Shown: positions 42,689 through 44,018 of the stretch, piece after piece
Position numbering within the stretch: position 1 is the stretch's first letter
Layout: each line of letters begins with the position of its first letter
Assembly (NCBI GenBank): GCA_023269735.1
Contig: JAGDWA010000043.1
Span: 1,587 to 45,604 of the forward strand
Source of the DNA: Thermofilum sp.
GTDB lineage: Archaea; Thermoproteota; Thermoprotei; Thermofilales; Thermofilaceae
Direction: 5' to 3'
DNA: 44,018 bases
Translations under genes and position numbers: made by a program
The notes under the pieces: generated by a model
Databases searched by the model: none
The model's input: only the letters and a program-made list of their open reading frames with translations
What the model was told of the DNA's origin: nothing

Positions 42689-43192
42689 GTGCCGGTCAGG
42701 ATAAGCCAGCTCCTCTACCCCCGGCTGACCGTCCTGATCACGACCTGCGACGCGAGGGGGAGGCCCAACGTGGCGACATTCTCCTTCGTGATGCCCGTGA
42801 GCTTCGAGCCGAAGTACGTGGCCTTCAGCGTGGCGCCCGATAGGCACACGTTCTCGAACCTCCGGGAGGTGCCGGAGTTCGTGGTCAACGTCCCGACCTT
42901 CGACATGCTCGCGAGGGTTTGGCTGTGCGGGAGGCGCTCCGGGAGGGACGTGGACAAGTTCAAGCTGGCCGGCCTCACGCCGGTCCCCAGCGTGAGGGTG
43001 AGGCCGCCCCGCGTCGGGGAGTGCCCGGTGCAGCTGGAGTGCGTCGTCGAGCTAGCGAGGGAGTTCGGCGACCACTGGCTCGTCGTAGGCCGCGTCGTCG
43101 AGGAGCACGTGGAGAGGGTCGACTTCGAGCCCCTGCTGCACCACACGTCGAGGAGGTTCATCAGGCCGGGCGCCGCGGTGGAGGCAGAGTAA
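42689..43192 (+). CDS. flavin reductase-like FMN-binding split-barrel protein
   Basis: LLYPRLTVLITTCDARGRPNVATFSFVMPVSFEPKYVAFSV...FVVNVP...GDHWLVVGRVV is the flavoredoxin / flavin reductase domain pattern. Confidence 0.8.
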   Translation: MPVRISQLLYPRLTVLITTCDARGRPNVATFSFVMPVSFEPKYVAFSVAPDRHTFSNLREVPEFVVNVPTFDMLARVWLCGRRSGRDVDKFKLAGLTPVPSVRVRPPRVGECPVQLECVVELAREFGDHWLVVGRVVEEHVERVDFEPLLHHTSRRFIRPGAAVEAE

Positions 43193-43199
43193 CGAGCCC

Positions 43200-43499
43200 A
43201 CCGGGGAGCTCAAACCTTGCCCTAAGTTTTCCAGGGGGTTTCGGAGACCGAGGTCGCCCTCGAGCTGGGCCCTCAGCTCCCTGATCATCGCGTCGGGCCC
43301 GCCGAGCGCTACCCCGCGCTCGGGCGGCGGGTGCGGCCACGCGTCGAGGGGGGCCCGCGCCCACCGCGGCCTCTTCCGGTGCCCCCGGTGCGGGCTCGCT
43401 ATCGACGCGGATGCGAAAACCGCGAAAAGGCGAGAAGCAAGAGATACACCCGCCACAACTAGAAACCATAGTAAAGTAAACAAACGTAGTACTAGCTAG
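43200..43499 (+). pseudogene. degraded 3' remnant of an IS200/IS605-family tnpB (OrfB)
   Basis: One plus-strand frame reads ...FRRPRSPSSWALSSLIIASGPPSATPRSGGGCGHASRGARAHRGLFRCPRCGLAIDADAKTAKRRE...*. Typical TnpB C-termini read FRRqLeYKa.w.G..vv.V.PaYTSq.Cs.CGH....R..vF.C..CG...nAD.NAA.NI. No intact N-terminal part exists because the flavin reductase gene ends at 43192. Confidence 0.4.
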
Positions 43500-43528
43500 T
43501 AGAAAACATAACTCTATGGGGGGTAACC

Positions 43529-43542
43529 GGGAGCCGGCTCCC
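43529..43542. repeat. perfect 14-bp palindrome GGGAGCCGGCTCCC
   Basis: Read directly from the sequence. It lies about 30 nt after the stop of the TnpB-like frame and just after the AT-rich tract 43440-43515. Confidence 0.6.
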
Positions 43543-43686
43543 CACTGCGCGGGCCGGCGAGCTTTAATCCACCTCCCCCATGAACAGCTCGATGCTGGCC
43601 CGCACAGTGCTGAGAGGCGCGTTGACTAAAAGTGCGCTGCGCCTTGCGGATTCGATGCGTGGGGCTGATGCGAAATGTCCCGGCAT

Positions 43687-43917
43687 CTAGAACCCGAGGT
43701 CCTTCAGCTCCGGTATCGCTGAAGCCGCCTCCCTCAGGGATTCGAGCGCCATGCAGAAGGCCCAGCCCGTCCTCGCCGCCACAAGCTGGGAGATGAGTGA
43801 GTCTATCAGCGCGCGCTTCGCCGGGTCGCCCTCGTACTTCCCCCTCAGCTCGTAGAGCTTCTTCACGATGTACATCCTGTAGATCATAGCGATGAACCCG
43901 GAGATCATGCTCCACAA
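43687..43917 (-). CDS. small helical hypothetical protein (76 aa)
   Basis: MWSMISGFIAMIYRMYIVKKLYELRGKYEGDPAKRALIDSLISQLVAARTGWAFCMALESLREAASAIPELKDLGF has balanced, protein-like composition. The overlapping R-rich 138-aa ORF 43514..43930 does not. TATA-like GGGATAAATG lies upstream on the minus strand. Confidence 0.4.
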   Translation of the reverse strand: MWSMISGFIAMIYRMYIVKKLYELRGKYEGDPAKRALIDSLISQLVAARTGWAFCMALESLREAASAIPELKDLGF

Positions 43918-44018
43918 CCTTGCGCTGCAAGGCTCAAAACGCGCATTTATCCCTTTGCCGCGCTGATGCGCGGTGCCCGGGGGAGGTGAGCGCGGGCGGC
44001 CACCTGGGAGGGCAAGCA

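Noticed and set aside
43052-43483. Minus-strand ORFs 43052..43483 (143 aa) and 43161..43469 (102 aa).
   Set aside because: They overlap the 3' end of the flavin reductase gene and lie antisense to the TnpB-like frame. Only the first ~30 residues look hydrophobic, and the rest is P/R/G-rich.
43407-43674. GATGCGAAA occurs twice (43410-43418 and 43666-43674), and GCTGATGCG recurs at ~43972.
   Set aside because: These are short 9-mers without flanking similarity. Two copies within 260 bp can arise by chance, and I could not build a C/D-box or repeat-unit model around them.
1-44018. Search for CRISPR arrays, rRNA genes, integrases or tandem repeats.
   Set aside because: I found no regularly spaced direct repeats, no rRNA-like conserved blocks and no tyrosine/serine recombinase motifs on either strand.

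Overview
This is a densely packed, very GC-rich (about two-thirds G+C by eye) archaeal chromosomal segment. AGG/ATA-rich codon usage, mostly leaderless genes behind (A/G)CTTAAA-type TATA boxes, many 4-nt GTGA/ATGA stop/start overlaps and frequent GTG/TTG starts all point to a hyperthermophilic crenarchaeote (Thermoprotei-like). All identifications come from motif and family recognition by eye; no searches were run.

Gene content is mostly informational core:
- Translation: aIF1A, aIF5B, aIF2-gamma, S6e, L10e, NMD3, Rio1, TrmJ-like methyltransferase.
- Transcription: RpoP (a 46-codon gene missing from the ORF track), aCPSF1/FttA, and three Lrp/AsnC-family genes.
- Replication and repair: RFC small subunit, Orc1/Cdc6, RadA, ATP-dependent DNA ligase, KaiC-like RadA paralogue.
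- Other: proteasome beta subunit; metabolism genes (NadE, agmatinase, ApgM, split UxaA-type dehydratase, COG2403 P-loop protein, flavin reductase); a secreted GH99-like glycosidase; an M28 peptidase.
- One tRNA-Pro(CGG) carries a ~21-nt intron at a non-canonical position in the variable-loop region.
- There is no rRNA, CRISPR array or intact mobile element. A degraded TnpB (IS200/IS605 OrfB) 3' remnant with an AT-rich tail and a 14-bp palindrome lies near the right end.

Most interesting candidates:
1. A ParB/Srx-fold gene tightly coupled to a wHTH + ATP-cone gene next to orc1/cdc6.
2. Two paralogous ABC exporters, each linked to a DUF1854-like domain. One is fused in cis; the other has a separate downstream gene and an N-terminal PH-like domain.
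3. An apgM-wHTH-(P-loop-less ATPase-like)-radA string with overlapping stop/start codons.
4. A coiled-coil + ribbon-helix-helix protein whose promoter and start are bracketed by a 9-bp inverted repeat.

Most long ORFs in the track that lie antisense to or out of frame with these genes are high-GC shadow ORFs.
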